Source: an uncultured bacterium (GTDB taxonomy: Bacteria > Planctomycetota > UBA1135 > GCA-002686595). Taken from it: a stretch of DNA of 64,000 nucleotides. Of this stretch, positions 49,708-59,252 are shown piece by piece. Under the pieces are notes generated by a model, which was given only the letters and a program-made list of their open reading frames with translations, made no database searches and was not told the origin of the DNA. The position numbers were made by a program, and so were the translations under genes. The stretch covers positions 1,216,001 through 1,280,000 of the forward strand of contig CALSNU010000001.1 of the NCBI GenBank assembly GCA_943787795.1. The letters run 5' to 3'. Each line of letters starts with the position of its first letter. Position 1 is the stretch's first letter.

Positions 49708-51813
49708 TCATCTGTCGAGGGCGTTTTCGATGAGGACGCTCAGTGCTGCCAGGCAGCCAGCGCGCCGCTGCAGGACGGCGCTGAGGCTGGCCACCTGATC
49801 CTTCGCGACACGGGCGTCGGAGTCTGCTGAGGCCTTCTGGAGGCCCGGGAGCGGCCACGCGGCGTAGCCGGAGGACTCGTCAGGGGCGGTGTAGAGGTTT
49901 CGGTACCAGGGTCGCTCAGGGAGGCCCGCCTCGCTGAGCCAGGCGCGCTCGAGTCCACGGAGCAGCTCATCCACCATGACGCAGCGGGCGTCGTCGAGCG
50001 CGCCACTTCGCGCCGCGGCGCGGAGGCGCCCGCCGAGGGCTCCGGCGGTGACGGCTTGGTCCTCGGCGCGCTCGATCAGTGCGCCGAGGCCCGCCGGACC
50101 GAAGAGCTCGGGCTCGGCCTCCAACAGCGTGCCCGCTGCGCGGGCCAACGCCAGCGCCGGCCGATCCAGGTCGATGGGGAGCACCAGTGCCGTCGAGGCG
50201 CGGTCCACGGCCACCGAGGTGATCCGGGTGATCAGGCCGGCGGACCCGTAGTCCGCGCCGACGACCCGGCGGTACCAGGCGAGGTCGTCATAGAGACTGT
50301 GGTAGGCGGTACCCGGGGCGCCCCGGGCGCCGATGGAGGCGGACGGGATCGAGCACAGGGCGAGGAAGGAGACGTGATCGGACCCGCCGCCCAGGAAGCC
50401 CGGCTCCGGCAGGTCGTCGCCCTCGCCCCGCCACGCGTCGAGGGCGGAGACCGTCGGCGTCGTTCCCGGCTGGGGGACCGCAGCGGCCGCGCCGTGGAGG
50501 AGGGAGGTGAGGCTCGGTGAGGCGCTCACACCGAGGCGCAGCCCGGACGCCGCGGCGTCCAGGTTGATGTAGAGGTCCGCCCCTTCGATCAGCGCCTGGC
50601 GGTTGCCCTCGACCCACTCGCAGGAGCCGATGATCCCGTGCTCCTCGGCGCCCCACGCGGCGAAGGTGACCGTGCGGCGCGGCGCGACGCCTGAGGCCTC
50701 GGCTTGCCCCGTGAGCGTGCGGGCGGTCTCCAGCATCGCGATGGTGCCGGAGGTGGGGTCGTCCGCGCCGTAGACCCACGCGTCGTGATGGGCGCCGACG
50801 ATGATCCCCGGGGCCCCGTCCCTGGACAGGGCGCCGCGCAGGGTCCCCAGGACGTTGGCGGTCTCGACGAGGGAGCGTTCCTGCTGGACCTCGAGCCGGA
50901 CGCGGACGCTCGGTCCGCCCTCCAGGCGGTATCGAAAGGGCATCCCGCCCTGCCACTCCTTGGGGACGCTCGCGCCGTCCATGGGGGCCATGATCTGAGC
51001 GGCCGCCTGCCAGCCGACGGGCTGGACAGGGATGCGTGGGAGGGCGATGTCGTCGGGGTCGAGACGCGCGGCATCTGCGGTGGCCTCGATCCCGGGCGTG
51101 AGCGGATCACCGCTCCACGGGAGCGTCTTCAGCGAGCCCCGCTGGATCTGGTCGCAGTTGGCCCAGCCCCCCTCCGGAGTCTCGAGGCCGCGGCCATATC
51201 CCGAGTCCTTGGGGTCCGTGAAGATGATCAGGCCCGCCGCGCCCGCAGCCTCGGCGAACTTCGCCTTGTAGCCGCGGAAGTTGCCCCCGTACCGAGCGAG
51301 GACGATCTTGCCCCCGCAATCCACCCCGAGCTCGGTGAGCTTCTCGAAGTCCTCCTTGCGGCCGTGGTTGGCGTAGACCACCTCGCCCTCGGCGACCCCG
51401 CTGCCGGAGTAGGCGTTCCAGCCCAGCCGCAGGAGGTCGTCGTCGAGCTCGGAGTACGTCGAGCCCGGCAGGGCCACCTCGGTCAGCGGCAGGTCCACTT
51501 CGGAGGGCGCCGTGAGCCGCAGGGAGGCGCTGACGGGACGCGAGAGGTAGGCGGTGAAGCGGTGGACCTTCACCTCGAGCCCCATGGCGTCGAAGGCGCC
51601 AGCGATGGACGCGATCACCTGGGCGTCTCCTTCACTCCCCGCGGGGTGTGGGCGGGAGGCGATGAGGTTGTGCCACTCGCGCAGGTGATCGGGGGTCACC
51701 GAGCGGACGATGGCCGCGTCTCGGCTGCGGCGAGCCTCGGCGTCGTCCTCGGGCCAGAGTTCGAGGCCGGGCGAGGTCTGGAGCGCGCCAAGCGCGAGGA
51801 GCGAGAGCAGCAT
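49708..51813 (-). CDS. M28 peptidase, glutamate carboxypeptidase II type (PA and transferrin-receptor-like dimerisation domains)
   Basis: HPAGS, VYANHG..EDF, IQRGS, GDPLTPG, GAHHDAW..GADDPTSGT, WGAEEHG, YINLD, GGGSDH, YHSLYD. Confidence 0.92.
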   Translation of the reverse strand: MLLSLLALGALQTSPGLELWPEDDAEARRSRDAAIVRSVTPDHLREWHNLIASRPHPAGSEGDAQVIASIAGAFDAMGLEVKVHRFTAYLSRPVSASLRLTAPSEVDLPLTEVALPGSTYSELDDDLLRLGWNAYSGSGVAEGEVVYANHGRKEDFEKLTELGVDCGGKIVLARYGGNFRGYKAKFAEAAGAAGLIIFTDPKDSGYGRGLETPEGGWANCDQIQRGSLKTLPWSGDPLTPGIEATADAARLDPDDIALPRIPVQPVGWQAAAQIMAPMDGASVPKEWQGGMPFRYRLEGGPSVRVRLEVQQERSLVETANVLGTLRGALSRDGAPGIIVGAHHDAWVYGADDPTSGTIAMLETARTLTGQAEASGVAPRRTVTFAAWGAEEHGIIGSCEWVEGNRQALIEGADLYINLDAAASGLRLGVSASPSLTSLLHGAAAAVPQPGTTPTVSALDAWRGEGDDLPEPGFLGGGSDHVSFLALCSIPSASIGARGAPGTAYHSLYDDLAWYRRVVGADYGSAGLITRITSVAVDRASTALVLPIDLDRPALALARAAGTLLEAEPELFGPAGLGALIERAEDQAVTAGALGGRLRAAARSGALDDARCVMVDELLRGLERAWLSEAGLPERPWYRNLYTAPDESSGYAAWPLPGLQKASADSDARVAKDQVASLSAVLQRRAGCLAALSVLIENALDR

Positions 51814-51900
51814 GCCCCAAGGATAGGGGCCGGAACGGACAGCCTGCACCCCGGCCCGTGGGGCCCGCGTACATCCCTCGGCGGCGGAAGCCCTGCCGCA

Positions 51901-51988
51901 GGCCAGTCGCGGGTCAGGGTTAGGCCAGCCGCGGGTCAGGCGTAGCCCAGCCGCGGGTCAGGCATAGGCCCGCCGCGGGTCAGGCGCA
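51901..51988. repeat. 22-bp tandem repeat x4 between rpmB and the M28 peptidase
   Basis: Consensus GGCCAGCCGCGGGTCAGGCGTA, with four copies in register. Confidence 0.85.
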
Positions 51989-52059
51989 GGCCAAGCTCGC
52001 GTCGTGAGCGAGTCGCCGCACATGCCCCGGGGAGGCGCTTGACCGGCTCCGCCCAACGA

Positions 52060-52103
52060 CGAGGAGACCCCGCGTCGCCTCGGGGCGCCGCGGGGTCTCC
52101 TCG
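52060..52103 (-). terminator. Stem-loop downstream of rpmB
   Basis: 15-bp inverted repeat CGAGGAGACCCCGCG/CGCGGGGTCTCCTCG, with a weak U tract. Confidence 0.6.
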
Positions 52104-52131
52104 TTGGGGTCGCCTTCAGGGGCGGTCGAGC

Positions 52132-52428
52132 TCAGCCCTTCTTCTTCTGGCCAGCCTTGATCGGCTTGATCAGGCCCGCCTTGAGGAGCGTGGGGTACGC
52201 GCCGTTCTTATCGATGGTCCGCATGGCGCGGGTCGACAGGCGGACGGTGACGTACTCACCCATCTCGGGGACCCAGATGCGCTTCTTCTGGACGTTGACC
52301 TTGTACTTCCGCTTGGTGTGGCCGGTCGTACGAAGGCCGACGCCGCCCTGGGACTTGGGGAGGCCGCGGCGGGCAATGTTGCCGCCGACCTTGGTTCCGC
52401 TGCCGGTGATCTGGCAAGTCCGGGACAT
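52132..52428 (-). CDS. rpmB: 50S ribosomal protein L28 (long PVC-type)
   Basis: MSRTCQITG...GNIARRG..K..GGVG..TTGHTKRKYKVNVQKKRIW...RLSTRAMRTIDK. Confidence 0.95.
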   Translation of the reverse strand: MSRTCQITGSGTKVGGNIARRGLPKSQGGVGLRTTGHTKRKYKVNVQKKRIWVPEMGEYVTVRLSTRAMRTIDKNGAYPTLLKAGLIKPIKAGQKKKG

Positions 52429-52737
52429 GATGGACCTCTGTGATGAAGGGGGTTCTGTGGGGGCTGCAGTGCGGCCCTCAGGGATGCTGGAGGCGACCCG
52501 GCCCGTCTCGTCGACGGTCTCAGGGGCGCGTTGATAGGTGCCGCGGTCGGCCTTCGGGCCGACGGACGGGCCAATAAGCTAGCGATCTGGCCGATCGGCA
52601 CCCCCTCCGACGCCCAAAAAAATCCTCCTGCGCTCGGTCGGAGGCCCCGCTACGGCCTGCGTGGGCGGGGCTCAGCGAGAGTTTCAGCTGGGCCCCGCCC
52701 GGATGGATCGGCTGGCCCGCCCGCCGGGATAGGCCCC

Positions 52738-53802
52738 TCAGCGCCGCTCGTCTCCGTGGACACGGACCGTGATCACTCCGTCCTCGGTGACCCAGCCTCG
52801 GTACATCCCTGCGGTGGTGAAGGGCGCCACGAAGGTCCCGTCCGCTCCAAGGGCGACGCACCCCCCCGAGCCCCCGAGGGCCGGGAGGTCCTCCAGCACC
52901 GCCTCACGAGCGGCCTGGGGGAGGGCCTGCCCCCCGTGCAGCATCCGGGCGTGGAGTTGATGGGCGATGGCGAGCCGGATGAAGAACTCCCCGTGCCCGG
53001 TGCACGACACGGCGCAGGTGGCGTCCGCGGCCCAGGTGCCGGCGCCGATGAGCGGCGAGTCTCCCACGCGGCCGAAGGCCTTGCGCGCCATGCCACCGGT
53101 GGAGGTGCCCGCGGCCAGGTGCCCCTGGTCATCCAGGGCCACGCACCCGACGGTGCCGAACTTCTCGTCCACGGGCTGGCGGGCGAGGTTGGCGGTGGCG
53201 TCGGAGTCGCGAGCCTTCATTCGCTCCAGTTGCCGAGCCCTCCTGGGCGTCACGAACCAGGCGGCTTCCATGGTCTCGACGCCCTGACTCGCGGCGAAGC
53301 GGTCTGCGCCCTCGGCGGCGAAGAGCACGTGGGGGCTCTCGGTCATCACGCGTCGCGCGAGGGTGATCGGATGTCTGGGCGTCCGCGCCCCGGCGATGGC
53401 CCCCGCCTCCCCGCTCGCGCCACCCATCACGGAGGCGTCGAGCTCGACCTCGCCCTCGTCGTTGAGCACCGCGCCGCGGCCTGAGTTGAAGAGCGGAGAG
53501 TCTTCCATGGGCCGGATGGCCGCCTCCACGGCATCGAGCGCGTCTCCTCCCGCCAGGAGAGCCGCGTACCCGGCCTCGAGCGCCTCGGTGAGCGCCGCCC
53601 GGTAGCGGGCGTCCATCTCCTCCGACATGTTCTCGCGCAGGATCGTCCCGGCTCCGCCGTGGACGGCGAGGACCACGTGGGGGACCACCTCCATCGCCTG
53701 GGGCTGGTCGGGCGTGCGCGTCGAAGCGCACGCCGCGCACAGCAGGAGAGGAGCGAGGAGGGCAGGGAGGATCGCGGCGCGGCTAGCTCTGGGCTGGGTC
53801 AT
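52738..53802 (-). CDS. iaaA: Isoaspartyl peptidase/L-asparaginase (Ntn hydrolase), probable lipoprotein
   Basis: AVHGGAG, EDSPLFNSG.G, ELDASVM, GTVGCVA (catalytic Thr), GTSTGG, GRVGDSP, TGHGE. Leader LLLCAAC. Confidence 0.93.
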   Translation of the reverse strand: MTQPRASRAAILPALLAPLLLCAACASTRTPDQPQAMEVVPHVVLAVHGGAGTILRENMSEEMDARYRAALTEALEAGYAALLAGGDALDAVEAAIRPMEDSPLFNSGRGAVLNDEGEVELDASVMGGASGEAGAIAGARTPRHPITLARRVMTESPHVLFAAEGADRFAASQGVETMEAAWFVTPRRARQLERMKARDSDATANLARQPVDEKFGTVGCVALDDQGHLAAGTSTGGMARKAFGRVGDSPLIGAGTWAADATCAVSCTGHGEFFIRLAIAHQLHARMLHGGQALPQAAREAVLEDLPALGGSGGCVALGADGTFVAPFTTAGMYRGWVTEDGVITVRVHGDERR

Positions 53803-53959
53803 GCCCCCGAGGCTAAGGGAGCCGTCCGCCAGGTGACCAGGGGTGTTGCCCAGAGACCGGAAGATCCGCGCACCGCCCGCGCCTTGCTGGCACCTTGAGG
53901 GCCGATCACGGCGCGCGAGGATCATGGCGCGCGAGGACACCGTGGGCGAGGATCACTGT

Positions 53960-54064
53960 GCGCCGAGATTGTCGGCGCCGAGATTATTGGCGCCGAGATC
54001 ACTGGCGCTGGGATCACTGGCGCTGAGATCACTGGCGCTGGGATCACTGGCGCTGGGGTGACCG
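53960..54064. repeat. 15-bp tandem repeat x7
   Basis: GCGC(C/T)G(A/G)GAT(C/T)ACTG-like units, drifting from GCGCCGAGATTGTCG to GCGCTGGGATCACTG. Confidence 0.85.
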
Positions 54065-54178
54065 AGCGCTGGGGGAGCGCTGGGGGAGGGCAGGGGGAGG
54101 GCTGGCGCCTCGGCGACCAACGCCGGGGTTGCAGGCGCTTTGATCGCGGGGGAGGAGCTCAACAGAGCCCCACCGGGC

Positions 54179-55118
54179 TCAACCGTCCAGGAAGACCCTG
54201 GCCGGCTCCTCCGGCGAACCGCTCACGGTGCGCAGCTCGGCCCCGTCGAGGACCCGTTGAATCGCATCCAGGTACAGCTTGCGAGCTGCGTCGGAGTCGG
54301 CGTCTCCCAGGGCGGAGGCGAGGTCCTCGAAGGCGCTGGCTCGACCGCGGGCCTCGGCGGTCTCGGCCTCGGCGCTGGAGCGCGCTTCCTGGAGCATCTG
54401 GCCAACCCGCGTGCGGGTCGCAACCTCGAGGCGGTTGGCGGCGAACTGGGCCTGGGAGATCGAGCGCTCCTTGTCCGCGAGGGCATCCTGGACGTCGGTG
54501 AAGGCGCGGCGAACGCCCACCGGAGGCTTGCTCTCGAGCAGCTGAACCTCGTCGATCATGACGCCGAGTCCGAGGCGGTCCGCGTCCCGCTGGATCCGCT
54601 CGCGGGCTTCGCTCGGAACGACGGCAAGACCCGCCGTCAGGACCTGGTCGATGGTCAGCCCGGCGACGATGTCGGTCAGCGCCGCCTCGCCCAGTCGGCG
54701 GAGCGCGAAGCGTGAGCTCTCGCGCTCGCTGCTCCCGCTGGCCCCCACCCCCGACACGCCGTAGAGCCAGGCGCGCACGTCGAAGACTCGATAGAGGACC
54801 GTCGCTTTGAGCTCGACGATGTTGGTGTCCGCGGTGAGCCATTGCTTCTCGCGGGGGGGTCGGCTCGATGGACCTCAGTTCGTCCACCAGTCGATAGCCA
54901 ATCGGCATCTGGAGGGACCGGTCGACCTCCGCCTTGCGGACGATCTCAACCGGCCACGGGAGCCGCAGGTGGATGCCGGGTGAGAGCTCGCGCGAGGCGG
55001 CGCCGAAGCGCTCCACCACGCCGCGTGAGCCGTTCTCCACGGTCGCGGTGCAGAGCCAACCAAGGACCGCGAGCGCGGTCAGGCCGGCGCCGAGGGCGAT
55101 GCGGCGGTCCAGGGTCAT
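54179..55118 (-). pseudogene. hflK: HflK-like SPFH protein with a single-base frameshift near 54840-54859 (pseudogene, phase variant or sequence error)
   Basis: The first frame gives TM plus GVVERFG..PGIHLRLPWPVE. Beyond the G7 tract another frame continues LTADTNIVELKATVLYRV...PPVGVRRAFTDV..A..DKER...LYLDAIQRVL. Confidence 0.8.
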
Positions 55119-56134
55119 TCGCCGCTCTCCTGCTCGGTGGGCTGTTCCGTGGGCGGCTGATCGGGCTGCTGCTCAGGCTCGGGCTGCTGCTCAGTCGATG
55201 CCGAGCGCTGGATGGCCGGGCCCATCAGCTCGAAGATCTGCCCGAGGGGGTGATCGGCGGGGAGGACGATCAGGGCGCCGCGGAGCGCGCTCTCGGCGAT
55301 CTCCGCGGAGCGCAGCCGCCAGTACAGGTCGGGGTTGAGCTGGATCGATTCGCTCTCGATGCGCTTCGCCTCGGCGGCCCCTTCGCCTCGGATCTTCAGG
55401 GACTCCTGCCGCGCCTCGGCGAGGATTCGAGACTCCTCCAGCTTGGCATCGGTCTGGATCTTCGAGGCCCGCTCGTTGCCCTCGGAGCGGTACTGCGCGG
55501 CGAAGCCCTCACGCGCCGCGCGCATGCTGCGCTCCACCGAGGCCTTGTTGTCCTCGGGGAACGTGATCCGCTCCAGCCCCACGAACTCGATCGCCACGCC
55601 ATAACCGTTCTCTGCGCAGCGCCGCGCCACCTCGTCGGTGACCATGCTCCGGACGACGTCGAGGTTGCGCTCCCGGCCAGGCTCGCCCACGAGATCGGAG
55701 AACGGGCCACGTTTGAGCACCTCGATGAGCGCGGACTGCAGCAGGTCGCCGATCCGGTCGTCGGCGCCCTGGCGGCTACGGAGGCTGGTCAGGAACGTCC
55801 GGGCGTCATTCACTCGCCACGCCACAAAGGCGTCGAGCTCCACGTTCTTCTGGTCGAGCGTGAGGAACTCTGCGACGGGCGGGTCGAGCAGGTGGGTCCG
55901 GACGTCGATGGGGAAGACGACGTCAGCGGGCGCGGGCCACTTGAAGTGCAGCCCGGGCTCCTCCACGAGGCGCTCGGGGTCGCCGAAGCGTGCGACCACG
56001 GCGACGCTCCCCTCGGGGACGGTGAACGTGCAGGCCCAGCCCGCCAAGCCGAGCGCCGCCGCGCCCAGCCACAGCAGGGTGGAGCGAGCGGCGCCCAGGC
56101 GCCCGGTCGAGCCGTGCGGAGTCAGTCGTGTCAT
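55115..56134 (-). CDS. hflC: HflC-like SPFH protein
   Basis: TM, FTVPEG..AVVARFGDP, PGLHFKWP, FLTLDQKNVELDAFVAWRV, RITFP..N..SV.RSM.A.R...A.QYRSEG, IRGEG.A.A. Confidence 0.88.
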   Translation of the reverse strand: MTRLTPHGSTGRLGAARSTLLWLGAAALGLAGWACTFTVPEGSVAVVARFGDPERLVEEPGLHFKWPAPADVVFPIDVRTHLLDPPVAEFLTLDQKNVELDAFVAWRVNDARTFLTSLRSRQGADDRIGDLLQSALIEVLKRGPFSDLVGEPGRERNLDVVRSMVTDEVARRCAENGYGVAIEFVGLERITFPEDNKASVERSMRAAREGFAAQYRSEGNERASKIQTDAKLEESRILAEARQESLKIRGEGAAEAKRIESESIQLNPDLYWRLRSAEIAESALRGALIVLPADHPLGQIFELMGPAIQRSASTEQQPEPEQQPDQPPTEQPTEQESGE

Positions 56135-56136
56135 GG

Positions 56137-58320
56137 TCAGCGCCTCGGGTTGAAGGACTCTTCGAGCACGGACGGGGGGGGCGGTTCGTTCGTGCCCATG
56201 AGGGGGATGATCTCGATGTTCTCACCCAGGGGGAGGACGAGGCGTCGCTCCCCGTCGGCGGGCGGGCGCATGGCGCGCTCGAAGGAGTCGGTGAGCATGC
56301 TCTGCTCCGTGATGGCGGGGTGCTCCCCGTGAACCTTGACGAGAGCGCGGAAGGCGGCGGCCACGCCGCCCGCGGCGGCCTCCTTGGTGAGGCGATCAGC
56401 GAGGGCGTCCGCGCGCACCCGAAGGGCCTCGGCGCGGGCCTGGCTGAGACGCTCAACGCGGTTCACCTGGGCCTTCTTCTCGGCGGTGATCGCGTCCTCC
56501 ATGGCGCTCGCCACGGCGCGGTAGGCGTCGTGCACGGCGGGGGGCGCGTGGACGTCGTGGAGGAAGACACGGACGAGCTCGGCGCCGAGCTCGTTGCGTT
56601 CGAGGTCCTGACTCAGGAGTCGCTCCACCTCTTCGATGAAGGGGCCGCTGTCACCGACGAGGACTTGCTCGGCCGTGCGCGTCGCGATGGCGCGGCGCAG
56701 GGCGTCCTGGGCGAGCGCCGAGATCGCGGCCTCCGGCGCGCTCTGTCCGTAGCGCCACTGGCGCGCGTCCTCGACGCGGTACTGCGCGCCGAAGCGAACG
56801 CTGAGCAAGAGGCCGTCGCTGGTCAGCGTCTCGGACTCGGCCTCGAGCTCCGCGATCCGGCGGCGCTCGGCCATGAGCGCCAGCGCGTCCACCGTGCTGT
56901 CGTCCACCGGTGCCCTGTCGATCCCGAACTCCACGCTCCGGATCAGCGAGGTCGAGACGCGCGCCACGGTGTCGACGGGCCACGGGGCGTGCACGATGAG
57001 TCCTGGAGCCGCGTGCTCCTGGGTCACCCGTCCGAAGCGTTCGATGAATACCGTCTCGCCCGGCTCGACCGCCGTCAGGCCCGAGGACAGGTACAGCACG
57101 GCTGTTGCCAGGGCCCCCGCGAGGCGGGCCGGCTTGGAAGAGAGGTCCAGACCGATCGGCCGTCCGGCGCGCTGAATCCAGGTGCCAAAGCGGGCAGCGA
57201 CGCGAGTCTTCACCGCGGAGCGCAGCAGGAGCGCGGCGAGGATGACCCCTGAGACGGTGGAGACGACGCCGTGCTCCATGGCGCCGGGCGAGACGTCCAT
57301 GTCCCGCGGGTCAAAGCCCAGCGCTGGGTAGAGGGCGTTCACGACGGTGCCCAGGATCAGGGAGACCACCGCGATGCTCCCGAGGTACGACGCCAGCGCG
57401 CGCAGGCCGAGCAGGTCACGGACGACCAGGATCGTGGCGACGTTGGTTGCTGGACCGGCCAACAGGAAGACCAGAGCGGCTCCAGGCTCGAGCCCCTTGG
57501 CCATCATCGCCGCGGCGATGGGGGTGGAGGCGGTGGCGCAGACGTAGAGCGGCACGCCCGCGACGAGCATGGCCAGCATGGCGGTCCAGCCAGAGAACAG
57601 CGTCCCTTCAAAGAACCCGTCCGGGACCGCGACGACGATCGTCGCGGAGATGGCGAAGCCGAGGATGAACCAGGGCGTGAGGTCATCGAGGAGCGTGCCG
57701 AAGGCGTAGCGCATGGCGCGCGCGAAGACGGTGCCGCCCTCCACCTCGTCGTGCGAGTGCCCGTGGTCCCCGTGGTCCCCATGGTCGTCGTGGCCGCCAT
57801 GATCCGAGGCGAGCTCTGACGTCCCGTCGTCCTCGCCGTGGCTGCAGCACGAGACCTCTGCCGGCGCGGCCTCTGACACCCCGGGCTCATCCGGTCCCGG
57901 TCCCTTGCCTCCAAAGAGGTTGACGGTGACCCCGGAGGCGAAGGCGGTGATGAAGGCCGCCAGCGGCCGGATGACCGTCATCAGCGGATCCATCAGGGCC
58001 CAGGTCGCGCCGATCGAGTCCACGCCGGTCTCGGGCGTGGAGATCAGGAACGACGTCGTGGCGCCGCGGCTCGCCCCGGACCGACGGAGCTGGGTCGCGG
58101 TGGGGATGACGGAGCAGGAGCAGAGCGGGATGGGGACGCCGATGAGGGCGGCCGTGGCCACCGACCGCGTGTCGTCACCACCGAGGCGCCGAGCGACCCA
58201 TCGCGTGGGGACGAAGACCGCCAGGAAGCCCGCGATCGCGAAGCCTATGAGGAGGTAAGGGCCGGACTCGGCCAGGACCATCCAGATCGCCTCGAACCAC
58301 TCTGTGAGCATCTGGGTCAT
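56137..58320 (-). CDS. ArsP/DUF318 (SO_0444-like) metal permease fused to a C-terminal HflK-like SPFH domain
   Basis: Permease part: GVPIPLCSCSVIP, FLISTPETGVDS, a CCSH plus His-rich linker, PLYVCATASTPIAA, LVFLLAGPATN. SPFH part: VEPGE...ERFGR...PWPVD...LTSDG...QYRV...HAPPAVHDAYRAVASA.ED. Confidence 0.88.
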   Translation of the reverse strand: MTQMLTEWFEAIWMVLAESGPYLLIGFAIAGFLAVFVPTRWVARRLGGDDTRSVATAALIGVPIPLCSCSVIPTATQLRRSGASRGATTSFLISTPETGVDSIGATWALMDPLMTVIRPLAAFITAFASGVTVNLFGGKGPGPDEPGVSEAAPAEVSCCSHGEDDGTSELASDHGGHDDHGDHGDHGHSHDEVEGGTVFARAMRYAFGTLLDDLTPWFILGFAISATIVVAVPDGFFEGTLFSGWTAMLAMLVAGVPLYVCATASTPIAAAMMAKGLEPGAALVFLLAGPATNVATILVVRDLLGLRALASYLGSIAVVSLILGTVVNALYPALGFDPRDMDVSPGAMEHGVVSTVSGVILAALLLRSAVKTRVAARFGTWIQRAGRPIGLDLSSKPARLAGALATAVLYLSSGLTAVEPGETVFIERFGRVTQEHAAPGLIVHAPWPVDTVARVSTSLIRSVEFGIDRAPVDDSTVDALALMAERRRIAELEAESETLTSDGLLLSVRFGAQYRVEDARQWRYGQSAPEAAISALAQDALRRAIATRTAEQVLVGDSGPFIEEVERLLSQDLERNELGAELVRVFLHDVHAPPAVHDAYRAVASAMEDAITAEKKAQVNRVERLSQARAEALRVRADALADRLTKEAAAGGVAAAFRALVKVHGEHPAITEQSMLTDSFERAMRPPADGERRLVLPLGENIEIIPLMGTNEPPPPSVLEESFNPRR

Positions 58321-58341
58321 GGGTGCGCCGACGTACGGCGG

Positions 58342-59244
58342 TCAGATGCCCCCGTGAGCGTGGACCGCCCACATCAGCGTCACTCCGGCCACCAGCAAGC
58401 CGAGCTTCAGCGGGCCGTCCTGGCGGCGGTGGAAGACCTCGGGAAGCAGCTCGCAGAGGCAGACGTAGAGGAAGGTGCCGGCGGCCAGGGAGGTGAGGAT
58501 CGAGATGCCTCCGCCCAGCAGGCCCGTGAGGGCCCCTCCCATCAGCAGCCCGAGGGGCGTGACCAGCGAGAAGGCCACCAGGAGGGCGATGAGCCGACCC
58601 CGGCTGATCTCGGTCATGGAGAAGACCGAGGCGAGGGAGAAGGACTCGAACCCCTTGTGGGCGAGGATCGCCAGGAGCATGACGCCGGCGAGTCGCTCCT
58701 CGCCCTGGACGGCCGCGAGGGCGACGCCGGCGGTCAGGGAGTGCACGCTGAGCCCGACGAGGGCCGCCCACCCCACGGCGGCGTGGCGCTGGGCGTCGTC
58801 GTGGCCGTGCCCATGGCCATGAGTGGAGCCCGGGATCATCAGGGCCTCCACGAGGAAGACACCGAGCACGCCGACGAGGACCCACAGCCAGGGGCCGACA
58901 GGGCCGTGCACATGACCGGCGTGGGCGCCGTGGTCATGGTCATGGTCGTGATCTTCGACGCTCTCTTCGGACTCTCCCTCGTAGCCCGGTGAGCCGGGCC
59001 CGTGGTCAGGGACACCGTCTCCGTCGTGGTCGTGGATGAGATCCACAACCTGCTCGTGGACGTGCCCGTGATCCGCGCTCGCCTCCTGCCCGATCACGGG
59101 CAGAAGGTGGAGGAAGACTGCGCCCAGGAAGATGCCTGTGGAGAAGGCGAGCGCTGCGTGGTGACCCCGGTCCTTCCACTTGAGGAAGAGGGGGGCGAGG
59201 CCGCCCACGAGGCCAACGGCGAAGATGGCGAGTGCCTGGAGCAT
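58342..59244 (-). CDS. ZIP-family metal transporter with His-rich loops
   Basis: AFSTGIFLGAVFLHLLP, GLSVHSLTAG, AILAHKGFE, FSLVTPLG, AGTFLYV...ELLPE, and HDHDHDH loops. Confidence 0.92.
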   Translation of the reverse strand: MLQALAIFAVGLVGGLAPLFLKWKDRGHHAALAFSTGIFLGAVFLHLLPVIGQEASADHGHVHEQVVDLIHDHDGDGVPDHGPGSPGYEGESEESVEDHDHDHDHGAHAGHVHGPVGPWLWVLVGVLGVFLVEALMIPGSTHGHGHGHDDAQRHAAVGWAALVGLSVHSLTAGVALAAVQGEERLAGVMLLAILAHKGFESFSLASVFSMTEISRGRLIALLVAFSLVTPLGLLMGGALTGLLGGGISILTSLAAGTFLYVCLCELLPEVFHRRQDGPLKLGLLVAGVTLMWAVHAHGGI

Positions 59245-59252
59245 GGGGGGGA

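Noticed and set aside
54159..54840. Arg-rich C-terminal part of ORF 54159..55118 as real protein
   Set aside because: It is an out-of-frame translation after the frameshift. The HflK-like sequence continues in the 54179 frame.
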